Shown: positions 11,307-22,330, numbered from the stretch's first letter. The stretch is DNA of 64,000 bases from an uncultured Candidatus Rokubacteria bacterium (GCA_963789955.1 CAWBMV010000001.1:832001-896000); one strand, 5' to 3'. The notes: a model not told the origin generated them from the letters alone. Numbers and translations: made by a program.

Positions 11307-11834
11307 ATGACCCGTGCGCTCGCGATCGCGGTTCTGGCTGTGCTCGCCGCGTCGTTGGTCCGGTCCGGTCCGCGCGCGGCCGCCGCTGATGATCTGCGCG
11401 ACGCGCTTCGCCCCTGCACACGCGGCGACCTCATCGGGACCTGGGCGATGATTCGCCTCGGCACCGCCCACTCGGTCCGCGTCGACGAGTCAGATCCGTA
11501 CTTCTATCCGTACCAGCGGTACGCCTTTTCGGCCGACCGGAGCATGCGCCATCTCACGGCGACGGCGCCCGTCGGTCCGGAGGAACAGCAGGCGATTCTG
11601 TCGGCGCCGCCGACGACCACGTGGACGGTCGACGACAAGGGGCGGTTGCTCACGCGAAAGGGCGGTGCGACGGCACCGGAGATCGACGCCTGTCAGATCT
11701 TGCTAGCGAAGGTCAGCGACCCGAGAAGCCCGGTCCCTGGGCTCCCGGGTGACCTGCTGCTGACCCACTACGGCGAGGACGGCAAGCCGGTCGCGCGCCG
11801 GCTCCTGCGGAAGATGTCCGGACCGAGAGAGTAA
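11307..11834 (+). CDS. Secreted hypothetical protein
   Basis: Signal-peptide-like N-terminus, normal codon bias, TACAAT at 11291. Confidence 0.7.
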   Translation: MTRALAIAVLAVLAASLVRSGPRAAAADDLRDALRPCTRGDLIGTWAMIRLGTAHSVRVDESDPYFYPYQRYAFSADRSMRHLTATAPVGPEEQQAILSAPPTTTWTVDDKGRLLTRKGGATAPEIDACQILLAKVSDPRSPVPGLPGDLLLTHYGEDGKPVARRLLRKMSGPRE

Positions 11835-11999
11835 CGAGCCGGCGCGCGGCCTCGAGGGCCAGACGAGCTCGAGGACACCCAGGATCAGGAGCGCGCAGGC
11901 GCCCAACGTCGCGAGCAGGATCAGGACCTCTTCCCGCACCCACGGCTCCACATCTTCGATTTAATCCGGAGCGCGCCCGACCACCAAGAAAATACGCGC

Positions 12000-13411
12000 T
12001 CAGTACCGGATCCGTACGCGGTAGGTGAGCTTGGCCGCGCCCTCTTTGGGCACGGGGATCTGGTACTTGAGTGTGTGGGCCTGGATTTTCTCGTACGTGT
12101 GACTCGAGCTGACCACCTGCCAGTCGCCCGGCACGGGCTCGATGACGGTGACCGTCTGCGCCTCGGTCTTGTGGTTGCGGAGCGCGATCTCCCACTCGAT
12201 CTCGTAGAGGTTCGAGGCGAGCTTCTTGAAGTCCTTCTGGGTGCGCTCGCCCACCAGGTCGAACGCGTTGCCCAGCTTGATCTTCACGCGCTCGTCCTTG
12301 GGCGTGTGGTCGATCCAGTCCTCGCCGATGAACTGCTGGCTGCCCGAGGCGTCGGCCTTGTAGACGCGCACCTTGCCCTTGGGCAGCGGCAGGCCCAGCC
12401 GGTTCTCCTTGCTGTTCTTCACCTCGAGATAGACCGCCACCTTCTGATTCGAGATCGGCATACCGTAGGCAGTTGCGGTAGTAGTCGGCGGCGCCGTAGT
12501 AGATCAGCTCCTTCGTGATCGGGATCTCGCTCGACGACAGCAGCGAGAGCTGCTTGGTCTGGTTGTCCTTGATCGTCGTGCGGCCGTCGAGCGTGTAGAG
12601 GTGATACTCGAAGAAGCCTTCCGACACGAAGTCGTGGCTGGCGACCGCGGGCGACACCGCCTTGGCCGCCAGCTCCATCATCCGCTGATCGCGGCGCGCG
12701 TCCGGCGCCCGATTCACGTCGCCGGCGACCAGCTTGAGCGCGGCGTTGCCGTAGGTGGCGCCGCTCTTGTTGTCGATCGTCACCCAGCCGGTGAGGTCCG
12801 ACCGCGTGTCGGCGGCGTTCAGCACCATCACGTAGTCGGCCTTCCACGTGATCCCGCTCGTGAGATACGAGGCCTCCACGCGCTGCGGCCGCGCCGGTCT
12901 GGTTGCGCAGGAGCCACACGAGCGTCGGCTTGGAGACGAGATTCTCGGGCAGCGAGGGCAGGACGAGCCGGCCGTAGTGGCCCATGTGGATCTGGCCGTT
13001 GATCTCGAAGACCGGACCGTCGGTGGAGAGCAGGGTGGCCTCGTGATAGGTGCCGTCGCTCTGATAGAGCCGGACCTTGTGGCCGACGTACTTCTCCATC
13101 AGCTTCTGGCTCGTCAGGAGATCGTACTCGTAGTTCTGTTCGAGGATCTTGAGCCCGGGGGCGTCGGTGATCGATTTGAGATGGACCGTGGTCGGATCGA
13201 TCAGCGCCGCCACGTCCATGAACTGCACCTCGGTCTGTCCCGCCGGAAAGCGTACTTCCCGGAGGTCCTTCACGAGGCCGAGGTTGCCGTTGTAGATCGT
13301 CACCATCACGTCGCGCTGGTCGTCGCGCGTCACGCTCACCGGCGCCGCCGCCGCGGGCTGGCCGGTCGTGAGCGCGACTATCAGAAGCGTGGCAATCAAC
13401 GGGGTTCTCAT
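12000..13411 (-). CDS. DUF4139-domain exported protein (two probable sequencing frameshifts, ~12890 and ~12470)
   Basis: Signal peptide, VTIYNGNLGLVKD, EQNYEYDL, YLTSGITWKADY, EYHLY, PLPKGKVRVY and IDHTP spread over three ORF pieces. Confidence 0.85.
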
Positions 13412-13453
13412 GACGTCGTTCCTCCGGTCTTCCGGATATCGGCTGCTATCGAG

Positions 13454-13481
13454 TTAGACCGGAGCAGGCGGCGGAAGTTCC
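13454..13481 (-). promoter_or_regulatory. ECF-type promoter GGAACT-N16-GTCTAA upstream of the DUF4139 gene
   Basis: Minus strand reads GGAACT tccgccgcctgctccg GTCTAA. It matches the site upstream of the sigma gene. Confidence 0.8.
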
Positions 13482-13508
13482 GGCGGCGGGTTCCTGCAGG
13501 CGGGCGGA

Positions 13509-14571
13509 TCAGCCGGAAATTCGTAGCAGGACGCGGACCTGAGCGGGAAGCGCGGCCGGCTCCCGGGTCGGCTGCCATCGACCGAGGCGCGCGAGCTCGC
13601 GCGAGAGCTCGGCGTACGCATCGCGCTGGATCGTGAGCTCGAGGATGAGACCGTCGGCGCGGTCGGTCCGGCGGGTTTCCGTGGCGCCCAGGCGCGCGAT
13701 GAGCTCGCTGACCTTGCCAAGCGCCACGTCGCGGTCGCTGACCGCCAGCTGGCCCAAAACGTCGGGCGGCGGCGCGAGTGCCGATGAGGCGACCGCCGGC
13801 GGTGGCGGTGGAGCCTGGGCCACATAGTTGTCAGCGAGCGCGCCGGGTGCGCGCGGAGCTTGAAGCTTCCCGCTCGCGATCGCGGGCTGCTGCTCGGCGA
13901 ACACCGGTGGCGTCGCCTGCTTCGCCCGACGATCCACCTCCTGGCGAACGTCGGCATCGCGCGAGGAGAGCGCCTCGGGCTTCTGAGCCCTGGCGGGCGC
14001 GGGCGCGCGGCTCCGTCGCCTTCTGCGGCTCCGGCGCCTCCTTGGCCTCCCGTCTTGGCGAGCGCTTGCGCCTGATCTTTGGCCGGCGCCTGATCTCGCA
14101 GGGCGTCGACCTTTCTCTCCAGTGAGGTCGGGTGTGGCGGTAGAGGTACGTCGCCACGGTCGGCGCCGCGCTCTCGGGCGCTTGGGCGACCACGGGAACA
14201 GGTTGCTCCAGGCGTGTCGCCAGCTCGAGCTCCGGGGTTCCGCGGTACACCAGCGCCACGCCGACGGCGACCAGGACGACGGCGGCAGCTTCCATGGGAA
14301 GCTTCACCGGCCAGGGCAGGAAGAGGCCGCGGACCAGACGCCGTGGCCAGGAGACGGGCCGCGCCGCCTCGAGCACGCGATCGACGAAACCGGCCGGCGC
14401 GCGGACCGGCGCCACCGCGCGCACCAGCGACACCGTGTCGCGGAAGCGCTGGAGCTCGCGGCGGCAATCGGCGCACGTCGCCAGATGGGCGTCGAGGGCG
14501 GCGCGCCCGTCGGCGGCGAGCGCGTCGTCCACCAGCGCCGAGAACTGCTCGCGCGCGTCGTGACAGGTCAT
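13509..14571 (-). CDS. Zinc-binding (zf-HC2) transmembrane anti-sigma factor (frameshifted)
   Basis: MTC...HLATCADC (HxxxCxxC), one TM helix, Pro/Ala-rich linker, C-terminal domain in ORF 13509..13937. ATGA-coupled to the sigma gene. Confidence 0.85.
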
Positions 14572-15125
14572 GGCAGGAACCGTTCGAGCTTGTCGCGCAG
14601 ATCCATTCGCGCGCGATGGAGCCGCGATCTCACGGTGCCGAGCTCGATCTCCAGCGCCGCGGCGATCTCCTCGTACGAGAGCCCTTCGAGATCGCGCAGC
14701 ACGACCACGATGCGCCGCTCGTCGCTGAGCTCGGCGATCGCCCGGTGCAGCGCAGTCTCCAGCTCGCTTCGCTCCATCTCATCGGCCGGGCCGATCTCGC
14801 GCGAGGCCAGCCGGGCCAGGGTTTCCTCGCCCTGGCGCGCCATGCGGCGCTCGCCGGACGTCAGGCGGTTCAGGCATAGCCGCGAGGTGATCGCGTAGAG
14901 CCACGTCGAGAGCTTCGACTCGCCGCGGAACTCGCCGATGGCTCGATGGACGCGCAGAAAGACCTCCTGGGCGAGCTCCTCGGCTTCCGCGCGATTGCCG
15001 ACCATGCGGAGCGCGACGCCGAAGACGCGGTGCTGGTAGGCGATCACCAGATCCTCGAACGCTCGAGGCTCGCCACGCCGGAGCCGGTCCACCAGGGAGC
15101 TGTCATCGCCGGTCCGTCCTTCCAT
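14568..15125 (-). CDS. ECF RNA polymerase sigma factor (RpoE/SigW-like)
   Basis: AEELAQEVFL, FRGESKLSTWLY, LSYEEIA and GTVRSRLHRAR. Likely start is ATG 15125. Confidence 0.93.
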   Translation of the reverse strand: MEGRTGDDSSLVDRLRRGEPRAFEDLVIAYQHRVFGVALRMVGNRAEAEELAQEVFLRVHRAIGEFRGESKLSTWLYAITSRLCLNRLTSGERRMARQGEETLARLASREIGPADEMERSELETALHRAIAELSDERRIVVVLRDLEGLSYEEIAAALEIELGTVRSRLHRARMDLRDKLERFLP

Positions 15126-15129
15126 CCAG

Positions 15130-15157
15130 TTAGACCATACCGCCCGCCCGGGGTTCC
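15130..15157 (-). promoter_or_regulatory. ECF-type autoregulatory promoter GGAACC-N16-GTCTAA
   Basis: Minus strand reads GGAACC ccgggcgggcggtatg GTCTAA ctgg ATG. Confidence 0.8.
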
Positions 15158-15340
15158 CCCGGCTCCAAATTCTGCGCACCGCCGGGTGACGCGTTGCGCA
15201 TGTGCGCGGGGAGCCCCATACTGCCGAGAACCGCCGCGCCAAACGGCCGGTGTAGCTCGCGCGGCGGATCATTCGTGCCGCCGGGCGCCTCGGGGCCGGG
15301 GCCCGCGACCGAGGCGCGAAACGGGATCGAAAGGGGCGCA

Positions 15341-15700
15341 ATGCTCGAGGAAGATCAGGCGCGCGAGCTGGCCGACCACTGGGTGAAGGCGTGGAACAGC
15401 CACGACCTCGATCGCATCATGGCGCACTACGCGGACGACGTCGTGCTGATCTCGCCGGTCGCCGTCAAGATTCTCGGTGATCCATCGGGCCGAGTCACCG
15501 GCAAGGCCGCGCTCCGCGCGTATTTCAAGCGTGCGCTCGACGTCTACCCGAACTTGAGCTTCGAGCTCGTCGATCTCATGTGGGGGCTCGAGAGCGTCGT
15601 CCTCTACTACGTGAACCAGAAGGGATCGAAGACCGGCGAGTACATGGAGATCGGCCCCACCGGCAAAGTCTCGAAGGTGGTCGCGAACTACAGCGGATAG
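15341..15700 (+). CDS. SnoaL-like / NTF2-fold protein
   Basis: WVKAWNSHDLDRIMAHYADD and GKAALRAYF patterns; AAGGGG RBS. Confidence 0.85.
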   Translation: MLEEDQARELADHWVKAWNSHDLDRIMAHYADDVVLISPVAVKILGDPSGRVTGKAALRAYFKRALDVYPNLSFELVDLMWGLESVVLYYVNQKGSKTGEYMEIGPTGKVSKVVANYSG

Positions 15701-15712
15701 CCGACGACCGGA

Positions 15713-15982
15713 GTGACCGAGGAGGCGAGAGTGAGTGCTGAGACCCTGATCGGATCGCTCGGCGTGGCGCTCTTGCTGCTGGCGTTCCTGCTCAATCTCG
15801 TTCGCGTGCTCACGACCGAGAGCTATCCGTACACCGCGCTCAACTTCGCCGGCGCCTCGCTGGCCGGCTTCGCGTCGTACCTGATCGGCTTCATGCCCTT
15901 CGTCGTGCTGGAGGGCACGTGGGCCACTGTCGCGGCGGTCGCGCTGGTGCGACGCATGCTGGGTGTCGGTCGCACGGCGTGA
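15713..15982 (+). CDS. Small membrane protein (CBU_0592-like)
   Basis: Three hydrophobic segments; Y..LN..GA and PFVVLEG.W patterns. Confidence 0.7.
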   Translation: MTEEARVSAETLIGSLGVALLLLAFLLNLVRVLTTESYPYTALNFAGASLAGFASYLIGFMPFVVLEGTWATVAAVALVRRMLGVGRTA

Positions 15983-15983
15983 G

Positions 15984-16241
15984 ATGGCCCACTGTCCGGT
16001 CGAGCTGCTCGACGATCTCGGTGACGTTCTCGCCGAGGTGCGGGGCTGGCCCGGCGTCAAGGAACACAGCCCCGGCGTCTTCTACGTGCGCCGAGAGCCG
16101 TTTCTCCATTTTCACCTGCTCAAGGGCGGCCGCCGCCGTGGCGACATCAAGGGAAGCCGCGGCTGGGTGAGTCTGGATCTCCCGCGGCCGATCTCGGCCA
16201 CGCGCCGACAGATGCTCCGGCGCGCGCTGCGCGCGCACTGA
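15984..16241 (+). CDS. Small conserved hypothetical protein (FLHFH motif)
   Basis: PGVFY...FLHFH; fills the gap within the operon with normal codon bias. Confidence 0.65.
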   Translation: MAHCPVELLDDLGDVLAEVRGWPGVKEHSPGVFYVRREPFLHFHLLKGGRRRGDIKGSRGWVSLDLPRPISATRRQMLRRALRAH

Positions 16242-16262
16242 TCGTGAAAAGCGAGGCGACGC

Positions 16263-16766
16263 ATGACCAGCGACATGGTTCGGACGCTCTATCGCTACAG
16301 CGCCTGGGCGACCGCGCGCATCCTCGAGCATGCGGCCCGGCTCCGCCCGGACGAGCTGGCCAAGCCGAGCGGCGCCAGCTTCAGCTCGGTGCGCGAGACG
16401 CTCGTGCACATCATGGCCGCCCAGTGGATCTGGCTCGCGCGCTGGAAGGGTAGCTCGCCCACCTCGCTGCTGGACGCGCGGGAATTTCCCGACATCGCGT
16501 CGATTCGCGCGCGCTGGGACCAGATCGACGGCGAGACGCAACGCTTCGTGGCTGGCGTGACCGACGCCGACCTCGCTCGCGTCGTCGAGTACAAGAACAC
16601 CCGCGGCGAGCGCTGGGCCTATCCCCTGTGGCAGCAGGTCGTCCACCAGGTGAACCACGCGACCCAGCATCGGGGCGAGGTCGCCGCGGCGCTGACCGAG
16701 CTCGGCCATTCGCCGGGCGACCTGGACCTTCTGATCTACATCGACGAGACCGAGCCGCGGCGCTGA
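16263..16766 (+). CDS. DinB/YfiT family protein
   Basis: Y..WA, SVRETLVH...W..R and QVNHATQHRGE motifs. Confidence 0.9.
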   Translation: MTSDMVRTLYRYSAWATARILEHAARLRPDELAKPSGASFSSVRETLVHIMAAQWIWLARWKGSSPTSLLDAREFPDIASIRARWDQIDGETQRFVAGVTDADLARVVEYKNTRGERWAYPLWQQVVHQVNHATQHRGEVAAALTELGHSPGDLDLLIYIDETEPRR

Positions 16767-16776
16767 TCCGCGCCGT

Positions 16777-18102
16777 CTACGGCTGCGGCTCGGCTGGTGC
16801 GTGCGCACCGAGCTCGGCGAGCGTCGCCGCGGCGATCGGCGCGTCGATCGGATCGAACGCGGGATTCAGGCTGAGCGCCTGCGCCAGCTGGCGCTGCGCC
16901 GTCACGCGGTCGCCGAGCTTGGCGTGGATCATCCCGGCGTGGAAGAGCAAGCTCGCGTCGGGCGTGCGCTGCGCCAGCGCCTTGGCCACGACCCGTCGCG
17001 CGTCGCTGTACCGGCCGTTCTTGTAGTACGTCCAGGCCAGCGCGTCCGCGACGAACACGTTCGGCCGGCGCTTGAACTCACGCTCCGCGATCGCCAGCGC
17101 CTCCGGCAGCCGGCGATCCCGGTCGGCGAGGAAGCGCACGATCTGGACGTCGCCGGTCACCCCGTTGGCCTTGTTCAGCGCGTCGATCGTTTCCACGAGC
17201 GCCCACTGCTGCTCGGCACGCTTCTGGTCGTCGGTGACGAAGTAGAGCTGGCCGAGCGCGACGACGACTTCGTGCTGCGGCGCGATCGCCGCGGCGCGGC
17301 GATATGACTCGATGGCGCCCGCGTAGCTGCCTCGCGCGGCCCTGACGCGTCCCTGGGCGAAGAGCACGTGGTAGTTGCTCGGCGTCCGGGCGATCGCGTG
17401 CTCGACGATCTGCTCGGCGGCGACCAGGTTGCCGGTCGCCAGGTGCATCAGCGCGAGCTGGGCGCGGCACCACGCCGTGTTCTCCGCGTACGGCGCGCCG
17501 GCCTTGATCGCGCGGTCCATGAGCCAGGTGGCGCGCCGGACGTCGCCGGTGACGAAGAGAAAGTGCGCGCTCCGACTGTAGGCCGAGATGTCCGGCCGGA
17601 GGTCGAGCATCTTCTGATAGTGCTCGGCGGCCAGGTCGTAGTCACCGAGCTCGAGCGCGGCGTCGCCGAGCAGTCCGTACGCGGCCGCGTTCGTCGCGTC
17701 GACCGCGAGCGCCTTCCTCGCCGATTCGGTCGACTTCTCGAACTCGTGACGGGCGCTCTGCACCCACGCCAGGCCGACCAGCGCCTCGCCGTTGGTCAGG
17801 TCGAGCGCCCGAGCCTGCTCGAACGCCTGCTCGGCGCGGCCGTAGTAGCTCGCGTCCGCCGTTTCGCGCGCCTTCTGCATGAACGCGTCGCCGAGCGCTG
17901 TCCACGCCGCGCGATCCTGCCGTTGCTGCCGGGTCTTCGTCGTCAGCCGCTCGATGGTCTGGTCGACCGTGAGCCGCTCGGGCACCACGGCGCCGGAGCC
18001 GTCGCCCGTCGCCCTGGCGCTCGGCGTGACACCGAGCACCAGGGCGGCGGCCGTGGCCGCGGCGAGCACCACACGCGATGCGACGTGGCTCGCCGAGGTC
18101 AT
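16777..18102 (-). CDS. Exported tetratricopeptide-repeat protein
   Basis: Signal peptide followed by repeated TPR helices (LGDA..ELG.Y..A, DALAWTYY, HAGMI). Confidence 0.85.
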   Translation of the reverse strand: MTSASHVASRVVLAAATAAALVLGVTPSARATGDGSGAVVPERLTVDQTIERLTTKTRQQRQDRAAWTALGDAFMQKARETADASYYGRAEQAFEQARALDLTNGEALVGLAWVQSARHEFEKSTESARKALAVDATNAAAYGLLGDAALELGDYDLAAEHYQKMLDLRPDISAYSRSAHFLFVTGDVRRATWLMDRAIKAGAPYAENTAWCRAQLALMHLATGNLVAAEQIVEHAIARTPSNYHVLFAQGRVRAARGSYAGAIESYRRAAAIAPQHEVVVALGQLYFVTDDQKRAEQQWALVETIDALNKANGVTGDVQIVRFLADRDRRLPEALAIAEREFKRRPNVFVADALAWTYYKNGRYSDARRVVAKALAQRTPDASLLFHAGMIHAKLGDRVTAQRQLAQALSLNPAFDPIDAPIAAATLAELGAHAPAEPQP

Positions 18103-18105
18103 GAC

Positions 18106-19588
18106 TCAGGGGTCCTTGCGGTTCGTCGGCCCGGCGTGAGGCGTGGCCGAGTAGGGAAAGACCTGGTTGTAGACCTGGTCGTTGGCGTTGATGTTGTCAC
18201 CCACGACGGTGATCGCCGCGTACGTCGGGCCGCTGGCGACCGCGGTGAGCGCGATGTCGACGACGTCGTCGCCGAGGCGCCGGCCGTTCGGCCAGCCGCC
18301 GGAGACTCCGCCGGTCGTGTCGCCGCCGATGAAGCCGAGACGGCTGAATCCCGCCTGGCCGGCCAGCCGCACGGGGCCGGTCGCCGTGTTCACGCGCAGG
18401 ACGTCGGGGATGAAGATCGCGACGAGATCTTCGCGGTTCGTCGTCGCGAAATTCGTCCCGAAGACGGTGTTGATCAGCACACCGACCTCGGGATTGCGGG
18501 CGTAGGTCGCGAACGCCGCGTCCTCGGTCGGCGTCCGGCGGTTGTAGTTGTCCTTGTCGCGTAGCGCGACCAGCACTTCGTTGAAGAGGGGGTTGCCCAT
18601 GCGATTGACCTGCACGAACGGGCCCTCGCTCAGCGGCTCCCGGTTCGCGAGCCGGATGGTGACGCTCGGACGCGACACCGACGCGTAGACGCCGACGCCG
18701 GTCTGCGGCCCGAAGAACGGGCTCTGGTAGTCGAGGCTCGGCAGCTGATGGAGCGGAATCTGGATCGCGTACGCGAGCACGTTGAAGCCCTTGAAGCCAT
18801 CGACGCCGGTCCCGGCTTGACCGAGCCCTCCGGCGAGGATCCGCGGGTCGAGCAGGTCGAAGATCGCGGGCGTGTCGGCGAAGAACCCGTCCTCGCGCGG
18901 CCCGGCGAAGACCGCTTCACCGGAGGCCAGGCCGAACACCGTCTGACGCGTGTAGCGATCGAGCGCGGCGAAGGTGGTCGCGCCCGACACGGCCTTGCCG
19001 GTCGCGTCGTTGTAGGCGGGCGTGGTCCGCGCGCCGACGTTCGGGGGCGGGGTCAGCAGGTCGTTCGCTACCACCACGGTCTGGGCCGCGGCGCCCCTTG
19101 TCGCCGTCCTTCACCACCACCTTCGTGACGTCGTAGGTCTGCACGAAGTTCTGCCGGGCGTCGCCGACGTTGTTGATCGCCCCGAGCTCGGCGCCGAGCC
19201 CGTACGACAGGATCGTGTTCGGATTCTTCAAGCCGGGCGCCGACTGCGGATTCACGTTCGAGAACTTGAAGTCGTAGCGGATCACGTCGGCCCCGGTCGC
19301 CGGGTCGGCGATGTGAATGCTGTAGCGCGCGTCGTCGGCGAAGCGATCGTAGATCACGCCGTCGCCGGGCTCCGAGAACGGACGGACGTGGACGATGACG
19401 TTCAGGACCTTCTCGCGCGGGTTGTTGTACTTCGTGCCGATGAACGCGTAGACGTCGGTGAGATTCGCCTGCGGGTCCTGCTTGATGAGTGGCGCGTCGC
19501 TGTGGCTCGCGGCGCCGGCCGTTCCACCGACGAATGCGAGCAACGTCACGAGGGCCACGAGAGCCATGCCGCGTGGAGAGTGCCTCAT
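18106..19588 (-). CDS. DUF4331 family exported protein (frameshift ~19080)
   Basis: ASHSDAP...TDVYAF, FAGPREDGFF, QVNRMGNP and WPNGRRLGDDVVD motifs; AGGAGG RBS. Confidence 0.88.
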
Positions 19589-19610
19589 AGTCGATCCTCC
19601 TGGGTGTGGG

Positions 19611-21253
19611 TCATGTGAGCTTCCAGACGAGAGCGCCGCTCGCGAGCGCCTGGACCGCGATCGCCGCGCCCAGCAGGGTCATCACGGCGGAGGAGGTCAG
19701 CGGGAGCCAGCGCGTGACGAGCGGGCCGCTCTCGTCGAAGCGCGCCACCAGACGGCGCGCGTACACCATGAGCATGCCGATCGCGATCAGCACGGCCGCC
19801 AGGCCCACGCTGAAGGCCACGATCAGCAGCAGTCCGAAGCCGACCCGGCGCAGCGAGAGCGCGCTCAGGAGCACCACGAGCGCCGCGGGGCACGGGACGA
19901 TCCCGCCCGTGATGCCGAGCGCACAGAGCTGCCGCAACGAGACGTGGCCGGGCTCGTGATGGTGGTGCGCGTGGTGGCTTCGTCTCCGTGCTGGTGATCG
20001 TGGTCGTGCTCATGCTCCGGAGCGCGGGAATGAGCGGGGCGCGTGGTGATGATGCGCGCCGTGATGGTGGTGGTCGTGCTCGGAGGCGTCGCCGGCGTAG
20101 CGCCGCCAGAACAAGGACAGGCCGAGTGCCGCGATCGTCAGCCCCGAGGCCAGCGCGACCCACGGATAGAGGCGCTCGGGGACCACGTACTGCGAGGCGT
20201 AGAAGGTCACGCCACCCAGCAGATAGACGCCGGCGGTGTGCGACGCGGTGACGATCAGCCCGAGGATCAGCGCGTGGCGCGCGGTGCCCCGCGAGCCCAC
20301 GAGGTACGCCGCGACGACGGTCTTGCCATGGCCGGGCTCGAGCGCGTGGAACGCGCCGAGCGCGGCGGCCACGGCGAGGGCGACCGCGACGACGCTCAGG
20401 GTGAGCTCGCGCGTTGTGATCAGGTCGGTGAACGCGCCGCGCGAGACTGACTGGACGTTGACCTTCGCGACGACCGGCGCCGCGGCGGTCGTCTCGGTCG
20501 GCGACGTCACAGAAGCCGACGCGGCGGACGACGCTGGTACCGGAGGCCGGCGCTTCCGACGGCGCCGATGTATCGGACGGCGACGGACGCGGTGGCGGCG
20601 CTGGCGTGTTCGCCACGACGGCAGGCGCCGGCGGACGAGAGAACCGCACGCGTGCCTCGCGCGCTTGCGGCGGGCTGTCGAGAAGATCGGTCGGGTAGTC
20701 GCTCAGCTCGCGGCTGCGGTCGCGGTCCGGGACCGAGCTTTCGATCACGGTGCTCCCGGCGCGTGCCGACCGCGACGACTTCCTTCCATCCGGTTCGCGC
20801 CGCGAAGTTGTCGTCGCGATACCACAGAGTTTCGACACCCCCGCGCGGGCTCGCGAGCGGTGCGGCCATGAGGAGGGCGATCTTCATCGTCGGGAGATCC
20901 GCGGCGCCCGGCGGGAAGATCACCTCGGCCGAGCGGACGTCGAGCGCCAGCCGCTTGCCGTCGACCTCCAACCTCAGATTCGCTTTCAGCGCGTCGGCCG
21001 TGTCCCGGAGATAGCGCGACACGCGCGGATCGGCCGGGTCGGCGGGGATCTCGCGCGACTGCAGCTCCTGGAACGTCGGGATCTCGGCCATGTCGATGAA
21101 GTACCGCAGGGCAATCGCGTCCCGCTCGATCTGGATGCCGGTGTACTGACTGATGCTGAAGTTACCGAGCGGATGCGCCGGCGCCGGCGCGGGCGTTGCC
21201 AGCGCCAGGGCGGCGAAGAGCCAGAGCGACCGGACGATCCGTTGTCTGACCAT
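19611..21253 (-). CDS. Ni/Co transporter (NicO/RcnA-like) with N-terminal extracytoplasmic domain (multiple frameshifts)
   Basis: AHPLGNFS N-terminus, HALEPGHGKT motif, SHTAG, His-rich loop, GIVPCPAAL. Confidence 0.85.
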
Positions 21254-21269
21254 GTTCTTCTGCAGACCC

Positions 21270-21296
21270 TACGGATCGCGACGGGGTTCGGATTCA
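21270..21296 (-). promoter_or_regulatory. Possible ECF-type promoter TGAATCC-N16-CGTA
   Basis: Minus strand reads TGAATCC gaaccccgtcgcgatc CGTA, 16 nt before the transporter ATG. Single site, so resemblance only. Confidence 0.4.
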
Positions 21297-21349
21297 CGGC
21301 GGTCGGGACGATTCCGGGCTCGCCCCCATGGCGGAGGCGGCCTGCCGCG

Positions 21350-22330
21350 TCAGCGGCTGATGCCGACTTCGCGGAGGTAGCGGAGCACGCCGGGGTGGAT
21401 CAGATCGGCTCGGGGCGCGGCGGCGAGCGTGTTGGCCGCGGTCGTTTCCTCGGCTTGCGGCAGACGGCGAGCGAGCGCGGCTTCGCCGCGATGCAGCGCC
21501 CGGGCGAGGCGATACGTCACGTCGTCGGACAGATCCGGCCGCCCGAGGATGAAGCTCCACGAGCCCACGGACGGGAGCGGCGCGGTGAGCCCTGGATAGG
21601 CGCCCGCGGGAACCGTCATGGGCTTGAGGAACGCGTGCTTGGCGAGGATGCGCGCGATCCCGCTCGCGTCGGGCGCGATGAACCTGCCGCCGCCCGGCCC
21701 CTTGGCGACGGCGCCGAAGCCCGGCCAGCCCTGGCCGCCGCCCCACAGCGCCGCGGCGCGGCCGTCGAGCACCATGGCCGGCCCGTCGCCGGCCCGATCG
21801 AGGTAGATCGCCTGAAAATCGCGTTCTTGATCGAGGCCGAGCCCATCGAGCACGTACTTGGCCAGGATGACCAGCCCCGAGCCGCGCGCGCCGAAGATCA
21901 CGGGCTTGCCTCGCAGGTCTTCGATTCGCCGGTACGGACTGTCGGCGCGCACCACGAACATCCCCGGCGTCGAGTACATCGCGGCGACGATGCGAAGATC
22001 GGCCGGTGGCCGGCCGATCCCGTTGAACGCCTCGTGCGCGACCTCGCCCTGGACGAGCGCAATGTCGAGGTGGCGGGCCTCGAGCATCGGGACGTTCTCG
22101 GTGCTGCCCTTGGTGTTGCGCTGCTCGATCGTGATGCCGGGGTCGGTCTCGTGAATGGTGTCGGCGACGGCCGCGCCATAGACGGGAAATCCGCCGCCGG
22201 GCGTCGCGGTTCCGAGGATCACCACGGCTTTCGCGGAGCTTGCCGTCGTCGACATGGCGGATACCCTATCATGTCCGCGCGCTATACTCGCCGCGGCCAC
22301 CACGACGACTACCACATAGAGGAGCCCCAT
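21350..22330 (-). CDS. TAXI-family TRAP solute-binding protein (start 22330 or 22255)
   Basis: LGTATPGGGFPVYG, TKGSTEN, DIALVQG and IHPG...YLRE motifs. Confidence 0.88.
   Translation of the reverse strand: MGLLYVVVVVVAAASIARGHDRVSAMSTTASSAKAVVILGTATPGGGFPVYGAAVADTIHETDPGITIEQRNTKGSTENVPMLEARHLDIALVQGEVAHEAFNGIGRPPADLRIVAAMYSTPGMFVVRADSPYRRIEDLRGKPVIFGARGSGLVILAKYVLDGLGLDQERDFQAIYLDRAGDGPAMVLDGRAAALWGGGQGWPGFGAVAKGPGGGRFIAPDASGIARILAKHAFLKPMTVPAGAYPGLTAPLPSVGSWSFILGRPDLSDDVTYRLARALHRGEAALARRLPQAEETTAANTLAAAPRADLIHPGVLRYLREVGISR

Noticed and set aside
11703..11951. Small membrane protein MEPWVREEVLILL...
   Set aside because: It has one plausible TM helix, but the ORF runs ~130 bp antisense into the neighbouring gene and has no clear RBS. 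Possible but unsupported.
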